Below the pieces are notes generated by a model. That model ran no database searches, was not told where the DNA came from, and saw only the letters and a program-made list of their open reading frames with translations. A stretch of DNA of 64,000 nucleotides from an uncultured Lentimicrobiaceae bacterium (lineage in GTDB: Bacteria; Bacteroidota; Bacteroidia; Bacteroidales; WCHB1-69): positions 1,349 through 65,348 of the forward strand of contig CAZZHH010000016.1 in assembly GCA_964653595.1 (NCBI GenBank), read 5' to 3'. The position numbers and the translations under genes are program-made. This document shows, piece by piece, positions 1-9,459 of this stretch (positions within the stretch are counted from its first letter, which is position 1; each line of letters begins with the position of its first letter).

Positions 1-90
1 TTTGGATGTCGCACCAAGCAACCTCAAACAAAATATGGAGTACGGCCAAATTTTACAGAAAAAAACACTCAAAATTAGCCATAAAGAAAG

Positions 91-1206
91 ATGCATAAAA
101 AAAACATATCTCCCTCTATACGTCAAAAAATAGCTCTCAATTTATCAGCTAAATACATCGATATTCAATCTAAATTACACGATTTAACCTATTTTTTTTG
201 GGAGTGCACTGTTCGTTGTAACATTTCCTGCAGACACTGCGGAAGCGATTGCAAGAGCGACAAAGGCATTGAAGACATGCCTGGAGAAGATTTTATTAAA
301 GTAGCTAGAGAGGTTGCCACACAATATAATCCAAACAAGGTAATGATTGTAATTACAGGAGGCGAACCACTCGTTAGAAAAGATTTAGCAGAGGTTTGTT
401 CCCAGCTCAGTGAAATTGGCTATCCATGGGGTATGGTTACCAATGGATTGTTGTTAACCAAAGAAAAATTTGACGAATTACTAGCTGCAGGATTACACTC
501 CATCACCATCAGCTTAGATGGATTAGAAGAGAGTCATAATTGGTTACGAGGAAATCCAAAATCATTTGTTGCAGCCTCCAAAGCAATACAATTGGTGGTT
601 GACACGCCTAATATCGCTTATGATGTGGTAACTTGCATTACTCAAAAAAATATAAATGAATTAGAAAAAATCAAATCTTATTTAATCGAATTAGGGGTTA
701 CCCATTGGAGGATATTTGCAATAGACCCAATAGGGAGAGCCAAAGAAGATCCCATGTTGCAAATAACTGATGCGCAACTATTAAATATTTTGATGTTTAT
801 AGAGAAAACACGAAAAGAAAACACCATTCATGTGAGTTTTGGATGTGAAGGATACTTAGGTGCTTTTGAAGATAATGTAAGAGATGGATATTTTTTCTGT
901 CGTGCAGGCATCAACATAGCTTCTGTATTAAACAACGGCTCCATTTCAGCATGTCCAAACAACAGCCATCATGTTGTTCAAGGCAATATCTACACCGATT
1001 CGTTTATAGATGTGTGGAACAATCGTTTTCAAATTATGCGCAACCGAAAGTGGGCAAAAGAGGGAACCTGTAGCAATTGCAAAGAGTTTAAATGGTGCAA
1101 AGGAAACGGTTTACATTTAAGAGATTTTGAAAACCACGATGTATTAAGGTGTCATTATAAAATGTTAGAAAACGCAATTAAGGAAGAAAAAAATGAAAAC
1201 AATTAA
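91..1206 (+). CDS. Radical SAM enzyme with C-terminal SPASM (auxiliary 4Fe-4S) domain
   Basis: CxxxCxxC cluster motif CNISCRHC at 217-240. GGEPL motif is present. Cys-rich C-terminus (CRAGINIASV...ACP...CSNCKEFKWCKGNG) is typical of SPASM/twitch maturases. Confidence 0.85.
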   Translation: MHKKNISPSIRQKIALNLSAKYIDIQSKLHDLTYFFWECTVRCNISCRHCGSDCKSDKGIEDMPGEDFIKVAREVATQYNPNKVMIVITGGEPLVRKDLAEVCSQLSEIGYPWGMVTNGLLLTKEKFDELLAAGLHSITISLDGLEESHNWLRGNPKSFVAASKAIQLVVDTPNIAYDVVTCITQKNINELEKIKSYLIELGVTHWRIFAIDPIGRAKEDPMLQITDAQLLNILMFIEKTRKENTIHVSFGCEGYLGAFEDNVRDGYFFCRAGINIASVLNNGSISACPNNSHHVVQGNIYTDSFIDVWNNRFQIMRNRKWAKEGTCSNCKEFKWCKGNGLHLRDFENHDVLRCHYKMLENAIKEEKNENN

Positions 1207-1525
1207 GCAAAAAGTATGGCGTATATCGCTAAAAATGATGTGGTTAGCAATTGTGTTTTTAATTGCATGTAAATCAAATCAAGACAAAAAAACGGATGAT
1301 AACATAGATGTTACTCCAAAAAAGGACTCGATAAAAGAGATCACAAAAACGGATACCATAGTTGGGGATACTCAAAAAAAGGATACGGTTGCTCAGATTA
1401 AAATGACTCCCAAAAAGAAGCCTTTACCTAAAAAAGACACCATGCGAATAAAGCCACGTCCTACAGACCCAGGTCCCGTGTGTAAATATGGAGTGATTCG
1501 ATACGAAAAACCTACTCAGGAATAA
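1193..1525 (+). CDS. Small putative lipoprotein coupled to the radical SAM/SPASM gene (candidate substrate or partner)
   Basis: Overlaps the rSAM stop by 14 nt. Basic n-region, hydrophobic core and lipobox-like LIAC. Long K/D/T/P-rich low-complexity linker. Distinct C-terminal tail PGPVCKYGVIRYEKPTQE. Confidence 0.6.
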   Translation: MKTIKQKVWRISLKMMWLAIVFLIACKSNQDKKTDDNIDVTPKKDSIKEITKTDTIVGDTQKKDTVAQIKMTPKKKPLPKKDTMRIKPRPTDPGPVCKYGVIRYEKPTQE

Positions 1526-1612
1526 TTCTGATTTTTTTCAAGTCGTCTCAAGGTATTAAAACAACCTATAAATCGATATTAAACCCAATTAATACCAATT
1601 TGGGCCTACAGG

Positions 1613-3553
1613 TTATTCCATTAACATAAGTTGTTCCTGCAGTATTTCCCATTCTGCCATACGGTGCTCGATATTTCTTTTAGTTTGCTCGTATGTCTTA
1701 TATAGCTCTCCAGATAAAATTTTATCTTGATATTTGTCGGGTTGTGCCAACATCTCATCCAGTTCTTTCAAACGTTCCTCTTCGGCGTTAATTTGGGCCT
1801 CAATTTGAGTAATCTGATTCTTAATTTTTCGAATCTGACTTTCGAGTTCTTTTTTCTTTTCCCACTGTAATTTACTTTCCGAAACTTCCACCTCCGCTGT
1901 TACTTTTTTTACAGCAATCTCCTTATCAAGGTCTTTTAAGCTCTCAATTTTTCTATTTTCAATAAAGTCGTATACATCCCCGATGTGTTCTTTTATCTGT
2001 TTTTGTTTAAATTCAAAAACTTTATCGGTAAGTCCTTGTAAAAAGTCGCGATCATGAGATACAAGAATTAGTGCCCCATCATATTGCAAAAGAGCAGATT
2101 TCAGAACATCTTTAGATTGCATGTCCAGGTGATTCGTAGGCTCATCTAATATTAATAAATTGTATGGAGTAAGCAGCAATTTGGCTAAAGCAAGTCGGGC
2201 TTTTTCTCCCCCCGAAAGTACTTTTACTTTTTTGTCGATATCCTCTCCAGAAAACAAAAAGCTACCCAAGATTGCCCTAATTCGAGTACGAATGTCGCCA
2301 ACTGCAATTTCATCAATCGTTTCGAATACAGTTTTATTAGGGTCCAGCATAGCAGCCTGGTTTTGTGCATAGTACCCTACGACGACTTGGTGACCCAATG
2401 TTACAAACCCTTTGGTGGCGACTAAATCACCAACTATAATTCGCGAGAATGTGGTTTTTCCTTCTCCGTTTTTACCCACAAATGCAACCTTTTCTCCTTT
2501 CAGTAAAGTGAAGTCTAGTTCCGAAAGGACCAATTTGTTATCAAATGACTTTCCAATATTTTGGGCTTCTACCACTACTTTTCCAGAGTGTGGAGCAGGT
2601 TGAAAACGAAAATGGATAGAAGAGTTATCAAGTCCATCAATTTCTATTCTATCTATTTTGTCTAAAAGTTTAATCTTGGATTGTACTTGCTTCGATTTTG
2701 ATGCTTTGTAACGAAATCGTTCGATAAACTTTTCCATCTCCAAAATGTCTCGTTGCTGATTTGTATGAGCTGCCATTTGGTGTTCAATTCTATCCATCCG
2801 TTGAACCACATATTCGGAATATGAGCAGCGGTAATCAAAAATACTTCCCAAACTAATTTCAATTGTCCGATTGGTTACAGCATCTAAAAATGCTCTATCG
2901 TGAGAGACTAAGATGACAGATCCTTGATAATTCGATAAAAAATCTTCCAACCATTGAATAGATTCGATGTCTAAGTGGTTGGTTGGCTCATCCAAAAGCA
3001 TCACTTCTGGCTTTTGAAGTAAGATTTTTGCTAATTCTACTCTCATTTGCCATCCACTGCTAAACTCAGTCATCAATCGGGTGAAATCTGTGGGGTCAAA
3101 TCCCAATCCCAAAAGAATTTTTTCGGTTTCAGAGTTTATATTTGAGGCCCCAATCATATGCAATCGTTCAGTATTTTCACTCAATTGGGCGGATAATTTA
3201 TAGTATCCATCAGATTCATAATCATTTCTATCGGAAAGCTCTTGACTAAGATTTACAATCGAAGCCTCTAAACGATGAACTTCATCAAAAGCAGAAAGTG
3301 TCTCTTCCCAGACGGATCGTTTGCTCGATGGGGCAAGATCTTGAGGCAAATACCCCAATCGATGCCCGGTAGTGATAATTATTGAGCCCTTTTCTGGTTC
3401 TTGTAATCCAGACAATATTTTTAAAAGAGTAGATTTTCCAGCTCCATTTTTACCTGTTAATCCAATTCTATCGTTGTCGCCAACCACAAAAGAGACGTCA
3501 CTAAATAAATCGTTGCCAGTAAAATGAATTGAGAGTGAACTTACGGTAATCAT
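1613..3553 (-). CDS. ABC-F family ATPase (two ABC cassettes, no TM domain, C-terminal coiled coil)
   Basis: Two Walker A motifs (GKNGAGKST, GKNGEGKTT), two LSGG signatures and two DEPTNHLD Walker B motifs. The track start at 3568 is TTG, so I prefer the ATG at 3553 (MITVSSLSIHF). Confidence 0.9.
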   Translation of the reverse strand: MITVSSLSIHFTGNDLFSDVSFVVGDNDRIGLTGKNGAGKSTLLKILSGLQEPEKGSIIITTGHRLGYLPQDLAPSSKRSVWEETLSAFDEVHRLEASIVNLSQELSDRNDYESDGYYKLSAQLSENTERLHMIGASNINSETEKILLGLGFDPTDFTRLMTEFSSGWQMRVELAKILLQKPEVMLLDEPTNHLDIESIQWLEDFLSNYQGSVILVSHDRAFLDAVTNRTIEISLGSIFDYRCSYSEYVVQRMDRIEHQMAAHTNQQRDILEMEKFIERFRYKASKSKQVQSKIKLLDKIDRIEIDGLDNSSIHFRFQPAPHSGKVVVEAQNIGKSFDNKLVLSELDFTLLKGEKVAFVGKNGEGKTTFSRIIVGDLVATKGFVTLGHQVVVGYYAQNQAAMLDPNKTVFETIDEIAVGDIRTRIRAILGSFLFSGEDIDKKVKVLSGGEKARLALAKLLLTPYNLLILDEPTNHLDMQSKDVLKSALLQYDGALILVSHDRDFLQGLTDKVFEFKQKQIKEHIGDVYDFIENRKIESLKDLDKEIAVKKVTAEVEVSESKLQWEKKKELESQIRKIKNQITQIEAQINAEEERLKELDEMLAQPDKYQDKILSGELYKTYEQTKRNIEHRMAEWEILQEQLMLME

Positions 3554-3581
3554 TGTTTGTATGGTCAAAAGATAATAACTG

Positions 3582-3589
3582 CAAATTTA
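3582..3589 (-). promoter_or_regulatory. Bacteroidota -7 promoter box (TAAATTTG on minus strand) for the ABC-F gene
   Basis: Plus-strand CAAATTTA equals TAnnTTTG on the minus strand, about 29 nt upstream of the ATG at 3553. Confidence 0.4.
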
Positions 3590-3654
3590 CGGCTTTTTTG
3601 ACAAATTGTGGAGAAATGAGTAGTGAAATAAATTCCACCAACAAGGATTAATTG

Positions 3655-3662
3655 TATCTTTG
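3655..3662 (+). promoter_or_regulatory. Bacteroidota -7 promoter box TATCTTTG
   Basis: Matches TAnnTTTG. It lies inside the 5' end of the track ORF at 3652, which argues for the ATG at 3694 as the real start. Confidence 0.45.
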
Positions 3663-3693
3663 CAAGATAACCGATTCACAAAAATTGAAAACG

Positions 3694-4083
3694 ATGATAA
3701 CTTTTGAAGAGATTATGAAATCTCAATTTTACAATAAAACTGCTTGGTATGTAGATATGTTTGGAAAAATCAAATCGAACAAAACAACCCTTTTTGCTGA
3801 TCGAAACAACTGTGTATCTCAAAAACAAATAGACAAATGGCTTTGCATCAACGACTTGTTAAATATTGCAACATTTTTCAACGAAGATTGGATTCCAGAT
3901 TGGGATAATTTCGAAGAGCCAAAATTTGTAATCATAGTTGATAACATTAAGAATAAATCTTTTGCTGTGGAGAAAGTAGTTGATAAAATATCTGGATTTG
4001 TGGTCTTTAAATCCCAAAAAGAGGCACAACAAGCGATTGAAGTACTAGGGAATGAAAAGCTACAATTTATCTTTTATAAATAG
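3694..4083 (+). CDS. Hypothetical protein (about 129 aa)
   Basis: Open frame with an ATG downstream of a -7 box. I recognise no motif. Confidence 0.5.
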   Translation: MITFEEIMKSQFYNKTAWYVDMFGKIKSNKTTLFADRNNCVSQKQIDKWLCINDLLNIATFFNEDWIPDWDNFEEPKFVIIVDNIKNKSFAVEKVVDKISGFVVFKSQKEAQQAIEVLGNEKLQFIFYK

Positions 4084-4210
4084 AGTTTGCTGAAAAATCT
4101 TCAAACAACACATTATCAGCACCATATATGTCATCTATTCAAAATCAAGTGCAAGTTTTTTTTAGAAGTTTATTAAATAAACCTTGCACCTAGTTTTCTA
4201 AAATCATTTA

Positions 4211-4228
4211 TTTGTCGCCTTACTTTTT
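4211..4228 (+). repeat. 18-bp direct repeat TTTGTCGCCTTACTTTTT, copy 1, heading a GC-richer non-coding module (about 4211-4440)
   Basis: Identical 18-mer recurs at 5862-5879. Both copies are followed by a CCCGA...TCGG(G/A)A hairpin and a (C/A)CTTCGCCAA segment. Confidence 0.7.
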
Positions 4229-4473
4229 GTCATTGCCGCCCTGTCAGGTCCCGAAAAAATATGGAATAGCAATTTTTTGTTTTTATCGGAACACCGCCGC
4301 TTCGCCAATGGCATCCCTCGATTTTAGAAGAAAAAGAGAAGTTTTGGTTACTTTAATGCTTCGTTGAAACTAGTTTGTGATTTTTGAGTTTTTTGCTGCG
4401 CAGAGCACTTCGTGGTTCAGCAGACCCTAGTTAGTAATTGACCATTTTTAAAACTCAAATCCAAATAATAAAC

Positions 4474-4481
4474 TATATTTG
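4474..4481 (+). promoter_or_regulatory. Bacteroidota -7 promoter box TATATTTG
   Basis: TAnnTTTG located 33 nt upstream of the ATG at 4514. Confidence 0.45.
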
Positions 4482-4513
4482 CATAAAAAAGAATGATACA
4501 CTAAAATTAATCA

Positions 4514-5728
4514 ATGATGAATAGGTGTTTTCTGTTACTCTTGTTATTTGTAAATGGGTATTACACTAATGCCCAAATCAACGGTTGTACAGACCCACTG
4601 GCCACAAATTATGATTCCCTTGCAACGTCCAACGATGGCAGTTGTCTTTACAATGTAACATCTGTTTCACCTATTACTACATGGTCTTTGCCTGACATTA
4701 TGGTGGAGACTTCGGGGTTGATTTTCTGGAATCAAAAATTCTGGACACACAATGATAATTCAGATACAAACATCTACTCTTTTGACACTATAAATATTTC
4801 AAATTATCAATCATTTCCACTAAATAGCACTTCAAATATTGATTGGGAGGAGATTTCGCAAGATTCTAGTTATATCTATGTGGGGGATTTCGGAAACAAT
4901 GCCAATGGAAACCGAACCAATCTGAAAATATTACGAATAGAAAAAAATTCCTTGTTGACGAATGTTCCAATTATTGACACAATTAATTTCAATTATTCGC
5001 TACAAACAGATTATACAGCAATTGGGAGCAACAACACCAATTTTGATTGCGAATCGTTTATTGTCACTCAGGACAGCATTTATTTGTTCACAAAGGAGTG
5101 GGTGAGCAAAGCCACAACCATATATTCATTGCCCAAATTGTCAGGAAGTTACGTTGCTCAAGCCCGTCAAAGTTATTATGTAGATGGGTTAATTACGGGT
5201 GCCACTTTTTTGGAAGATAAAAAATTGATTGTCTTGTGTGGTTATAGTCAAGTACTTCAACCATTTTTGTTTATGTTGTATGATTTTGAAAGTCAGAATT
5301 TTTTCAATGGCAACAAACGAAAAATTTTGCTCAATATGTCCATGCATCAGGTAGAAGGAATTGCTACGGAAGATGGCATAACTTATTATGTCACGAATGA
5401 AAAAGTGGGGCAAACTGTTCCACAGCAAATCCATAAAATAGACCTTGCAGAATATTTTTATTCTCCAGTTAATGTCACAGAAAACCAGTCGGAAGTTTTT
5501 GAAATTGCACCAAATCCAGTAATAGACTTTGTAGAGATAACCATTACTCCGAATCAAATTGGAAAAGAGTACCTTATTCTGGATTTTACTGGGCAGGTTG
5601 TTCAACAAGGAGTATTAAACGAAAAACAATCTCGTTTAAATCTTAAAAACCTCTCACCAGGGACATATGTGATTGCAATAAACAAACCCGGCTCTATAAA
5701 TAGGAAAATCATTAAACTAGAAAATTAA
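4514..5728 (+). CDS. Secreted protein with T9SS type A C-terminal sorting domain (beta-propeller-like middle region)
   Basis: Signal peptide followed by an N-terminal CTDPLATNYDSLATSNDGSC motif. The C-terminal roughly 75 aa (APNPVIDFVEITI...LSPGTYVIAINK...IIKLEN) has the T9SS CTD pattern. Confidence 0.8.
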   Translation: MMNRCFLLLLLFVNGYYTNAQINGCTDPLATNYDSLATSNDGSCLYNVTSVSPITTWSLPDIMVETSGLIFWNQKFWTHNDNSDTNIYSFDTINISNYQSFPLNSTSNIDWEEISQDSSYIYVGDFGNNANGNRTNLKILRIEKNSLLTNVPIIDTINFNYSLQTDYTAIGSNNTNFDCESFIVTQDSIYLFTKEWVSKATTIYSLPKLSGSYVAQARQSYYVDGLITGATFLEDKKLIVLCGYSQVLQPFLFMLYDFESQNFFNGNKRKILLNMSMHQVEGIATEDGITYYVTNEKVGQTVPQQIHKIDLAEYFYSPVNVTENQSEVFEIAPNPVIDFVEITITPNQIGKEYLILDFTGQVVQQGVLNEKQSRLNLKNLSPGTYVIAINKPGSINRKIIKLEN

Positions 5729-5861
5729 CATCAACAAATCAAAATCGTATGATAAACAAATTTTTCTTTCATACTTATTATTGTTAACTATTTCTAGGTC
5801 TGTTCAATTTTATAGGGGAGAGTAATCCTGTATGAATGATGAAAAAATATTCTCACTTTTT

Positions 5862-5879
5862 TTTGTCGCCTTACTTTTT
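5862..5879 (+). repeat. 18-bp direct repeat TTTGTCGCCTTACTTTTT, copy 2
   Basis: Identical to 4211-4228. An inverted partial copy (GCGACAA) lies at about 5940-5947, so the module can fold back on itself. Confidence 0.7.
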
Positions 5880-5894
5880 ATCTTGAAACAAAAA

Positions 5895-5912
5895 TCCCGA
5901 TAGCTATCGGGA
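5895..5912. repeat. 18-bp perfect palindrome TCCCGATAGCTATCGGGA inside repeat module 2
   Basis: Read directly from the sequence. The analogous imperfect hairpin in module 1 is TCCCGAAAAAA...TTTTTATCGGAA at about 4249-4293. Confidence 0.75.
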
Positions 5913-5987
5913 CAAGACTTCGCCAAAAAAGCTAAAAAAGCGACAATTTCACGGCTCAGTTGACACAAATTGAATAATTATAAGATT

Positions 5988-7265
5988 TTATCTCTTTATA
6001 AATTTTGAAACAGCTACTCCTTGTTTAGAATTAAGATGCAATAGATAAATTCCAGGAACAAGATTCAAAACCCCTTCGGAGTAATTATCTTCGAGAGATG
6101 AAGGGTAGATTGTTTTTCTCATCATCGTTTGTCCATTAATATTTATAATAGAAAACGTAAGTGGTTCAATTGTTTTTAAGCGATAGTTAAATACTAAGTT
6201 TTCGTTTATAGGATTTACTACTGTAAAATCGATGTCACTTTTAACTACTTCTTTTACTCCAGTAATGCACGAAGGATAGAATATTTCGAAATCCATCATC
6301 ACAGGTAAGTGATCCGAAAGGTTGTATAACGAGGTGGAGATAGAAGAAGGAATTGTACTATTTGAAGGACTAATCATTGATCCGTTAAAGCGATTGCCAT
6401 CTTGACCTACTGCTCTATAAGAAGAAGTGATTGCCTTTACATTGTCATATCCATTAAGCACATTAGAGGAAGTTAATATAAAGTCAAATCGGTCGTCCAT
6501 TCCACCTGTCGAAAAGCAATCACCACTAGTGTGAGTAGATTGTGTATGAATATTTGCAAAATTGTAATTGTTATTCCAATTTCCAGGTTTATTTATGGGG
6601 TCGTAGAAACGAACCAAAGGATTTGAATAGGTTAAAAGCTGTTTGTAACAAGGTTCGTTACTGGTATAAATATTAAAATCACCACATAAAATATAGTTAT
6701 CCGCTACATTTAAATTATTTAATCTACTCATTAATGCTGCCACCTGAGTGTTACGAGCAGTAGAATCGGCCGTACCTGCTTTTAGGTGACCAATAATTGG
6801 AATGATAAAAGAGGTGTCCCCATTTACAAGATCGGGGGTATTGTAATAAAGTCGGTATATGTTGAAATCACGAACAGCAGTTTGAACAAAGCTACTTTGC
6901 TTAAGAGTAAATTTTCTAGAATCATAAAAAATCATATTGGCAATAGAGCCTCCAGATGCATTAGTAAGGTCGCCATTTTTCCAGTAAGCAACTCCGTCTA
7001 CATTGAGCGCATTATTAAGTAGATGGTTCACATAAGTCATGTTTGATCCCATTTCTTCTACGGTAATAATGTCGGGTTTTGAATAATTGACAATATTTTT
7101 AAGATTTGCCGCTTTTGCATCAAGTCCATTATTAGCGGCCGTGCAAGTTCCATAATAATCACAATACTGCATCAGATTATATTGCATTACTTTAATAGTA
7201 TCCTGAGCAAATATAGCGTTACAAAAAAATGTTAAAAAAAAGAAAAGGCTAATTTTAAATTTCAT
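5988..7265 (-). CDS. Endonuclease/exonuclease/phosphatase (EEP) family protein with T9SS C-terminal sorting domain
   Basis: EEP-like N-terminal pattern (IKVMQYNLMQY...DIITVEE...GDFN...SDHLPV). C-terminal T9SS CTD (VPGIYLLHLNS...KFIKR). Start moved to 7265 (MKFKISLFFF signal peptide) because a -7 box sits at 7285-7292, downstream of the track start at 7316. Confidence 0.8.
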   Translation of the reverse strand: MKFKISLFFFLTFFCNAIFAQDTIKVMQYNLMQYCDYYGTCTAANNGLDAKAANLKNIVNYSKPDIITVEEMGSNMTYVNHLLNNALNVDGVAYWKNGDLTNASGGSIANMIFYDSRKFTLKQSSFVQTAVRDFNIYRLYYNTPDLVNGDTSFIIPIIGHLKAGTADSTARNTQVAALMSRLNNLNVADNYILCGDFNIYTSNEPCYKQLLTYSNPLVRFYDPINKPGNWNNNYNFANIHTQSTHTSGDCFSTGGMDDRFDFILTSSNVLNGYDNVKAITSSYRAVGQDGNRFNGSMISPSNSTIPSSISTSLYNLSDHLPVMMDFEIFYPSCITGVKEVVKSDIDFTVVNPINENLVFNYRLKTIEPLTFSIININGQTMMRKTIYPSSLEDNYSEGVLNLVPGIYLLHLNSKQGVAVSKFIKR

Positions 7266-7284
7266 ATCTTTTTTGATTTTCATA

Positions 7285-7292
7285 CAAAGATA
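7285..7292 (-). promoter_or_regulatory. Bacteroidota -7 promoter box (TATCTTTG on minus strand)
   Basis: Plus-strand CAAAGATA equals TAnnTTTG on the minus strand, 20 nt upstream of the ATG at 7265. Confidence 0.45.
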
Positions 7293-7533
7293 CTTCATTT
7301 TAGTGGTTTTTCGCATGGTAAAATCAGAGATTGTTTGAAATAATTGATTTTTGTAAATTTATGGGCAAACAAAACCACCATAAATAAATCAAAAAATCAA
7401 AAAAAGGATAGAAAAATTTGATTTTACAGTCTCGAAAACTTTGATTTTTCTTTCGGATTGTTTGGATGAAAAAATATAGCGAAAAAAGTTAATTTTTTTT
7501 GTTAAAAATGAGTTCTAAGAAAATTAAAAGGCC

Positions 7534-7541
7534 TACCTTTG
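7534..7541 (+). promoter_or_regulatory. Bacteroidota -7 promoter box TACCTTTG upstream of korA
   Basis: TAnnTTTG located 67 nt upstream of the ATG at 7608. Confidence 0.4.
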
Positions 7542-7607
7542 TCGCGAAATTTTGGAAATATAAAAATAGCATTAAAGAAGAAAACAAATTAAAAAATAAC
7601 CAATAAT

Positions 7608-9446
7608 ATGGCTACCAAAAAGAAAGAAAACGTTGAAAGAGAAAGCGTTGTTGTAAAGTTTGCCGGCGACTCTGGTGATGGAATGCAATTGGTGGGAACC
7701 TTTTTTGCTGAAACATCGGCATTGTCGGGAAATGAAGTGGCAACATTTCCTTATTATCCAGCAGAAATTCGTCCTCCTCACAACACCGTAGCAGGGGTGT
7801 CCGGATTTCAAGTAAATGCTGGATCTAAAGTAAAAACATCTGGCGACTTATGCGACATTTTAGTTTGCATGAATCCAGCCTCATTAGTTGCAAACTTGCC
7901 TAACACAAAAAAAGGCGCTACCTTGATTATAGATCAAGGACTGTTTGAAGAAAAGATTTTAGAAAAAGCTGGTTACGCTTCAAATCCTCTTTTAGATGGC
8001 AGTTTGAGCAGTTACAAATTAATTGCTGCAGACTTTGCTTCTATTGTAAAAGAGTCATGCAAAGACCTCCGATTAGATGTAAAAACCATAGAGCGCACTC
8101 GTAATATTTTTGGATTAGGAATTGTGCTTTACCTTTGTGATTACGATATTGCAATTGGGTTAAAGCTGTTGGAAAAGAAATTTAAATCTAAACCACAAAT
8201 TTTAGAAGCCAACCAACTTGTGTTAAAAACTGGATTCTTTTACGCAGAAGCCCAAGAGTATCAGATTGCAAAAATGAACATTGCAACTCCTAAAATTGAA
8301 AAAGGAAGATACAGAAGTATTACAGGGAATCAGGCAACGGCTTGGGGATTGTTGGCAGCATCTGAACGTTCGGGCCGTGAACTGTTTTTAGGATCCTATC
8401 CTATTACACCAGCCACCGAAATATTAATGGAACTTACCAAGCAAAAGTCATTAGGCGCTAAAGTATTTCAGGCGGAAGACGAAATTGCTGGAATCTGTTC
8501 GGCAATAGGGGCTTCTTTTGCTGGATCTATGGCATGTACTTCCACTTCTGGTCCTGGTTTATCTTTAAAAACGGAGGCAATAGGATTGGCTGTCATCACC
8601 GAGTTACCTTTAGTAATTGTGAATGTACAAAGAGGTGGTCCTTCTACTGGAATGCCAACCAAAACGGAACAATCTGATTTGTACATTTCCCTATTTGGTC
8701 GTAATGGAGAAGCTCCATGTATTGTAACTGCAGCTTCTTCTCCTTCTGATTGCTTTTACAAAGCTTATGAAGCAGCTAAGTTATCTATGGAACACATGAC
8801 ACCTACTATTTTACTTACAGATGGACAGATGGGACAAAGTTCTGAGCTTTTCAAAATACCAAAAGTAGCTGACCTTGTTTCTATTACTCCTCCTGTTGCA
8901 AAAGCAAACGATAAAAACTATTTACCCTATCTTCGCGACCCAGAAACATTGGTTCGTCAGTGGGCTATCCCTGGCACAGAAGGGTTGAGACATAGAATTG
9001 GTGGACTTGAAAAAACAGATGGAAAAGGAGTTGTATCTACCGATCCTTTAAACCATGAAAAAATGACTAAATATCGTAATGAAAAAGTCCAAAGAGTAGC
9101 CAATTTTATCCCCGAGCAAGAGATTATGGGAGATGCTGAGGGAGATTTACTTGTAGTTAGCTGGGGAGGAACCAAAGGTTCTATATATTCAGCAGTAAAA
9201 GAGTTACAAGCACAAGGCAAAAAAGTAAGCCATGCTCATTTTAGTTATATTATGCCACTACCTAAAAACACAGATAAAGTATTTGCGGGTTTCAAAAAAA
9301 TTATTGTTGCCGAATTAAATGCTGGTCAGTTTGCAAACTATTTGCGCATGACACATCCAGGCTATCAATATTTGCAATATAACAAAATGCAAGGATTGCC
9401 ATTTACCATTACAGAATTAGTAGAACATTTTAACAAAACGATATAA
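7608..9446 (+). CDS. korA: 2-oxoglutarate/2-oxoacid:ferredoxin oxidoreductase subunit alpha
   Basis: Fused gamma/alpha-type OFOR architecture (N-terminal VVKFAGDSGDGMQ..., central ITGNQA...GSYPITPATE). A TPP-binding beta subunit follows immediately. Confidence 0.88.
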   Translation: MATKKKENVERESVVVKFAGDSGDGMQLVGTFFAETSALSGNEVATFPYYPAEIRPPHNTVAGVSGFQVNAGSKVKTSGDLCDILVCMNPASLVANLPNTKKGATLIIDQGLFEEKILEKAGYASNPLLDGSLSSYKLIAADFASIVKESCKDLRLDVKTIERTRNIFGLGIVLYLCDYDIAIGLKLLEKKFKSKPQILEANQLVLKTGFFYAEAQEYQIAKMNIATPKIEKGRYRSITGNQATAWGLLAASERSGRELFLGSYPITPATEILMELTKQKSLGAKVFQAEDEIAGICSAIGASFAGSMACTSTSGPGLSLKTEAIGLAVITELPLVIVNVQRGGPSTGMPTKTEQSDLYISLFGRNGEAPCIVTAASSPSDCFYKAYEAAKLSMEHMTPTILLTDGQMGQSSELFKIPKVADLVSITPPVAKANDKNYLPYLRDPETLVRQWAIPGTEGLRHRIGGLEKTDGKGVVSTDPLNHEKMTKYRNEKVQRVANFIPEQEIMGDAEGDLLVVSWGGTKGSIYSAVKELQAQGKKVSHAHFSYIMPLPKNTDKVFAGFKKIIVAELNAGQFANYLRMTHPGYQYLQYNKMQGLPFTITELVEHFNKTI

Positions 9447-9459
9447 GGAGGATTTAACA

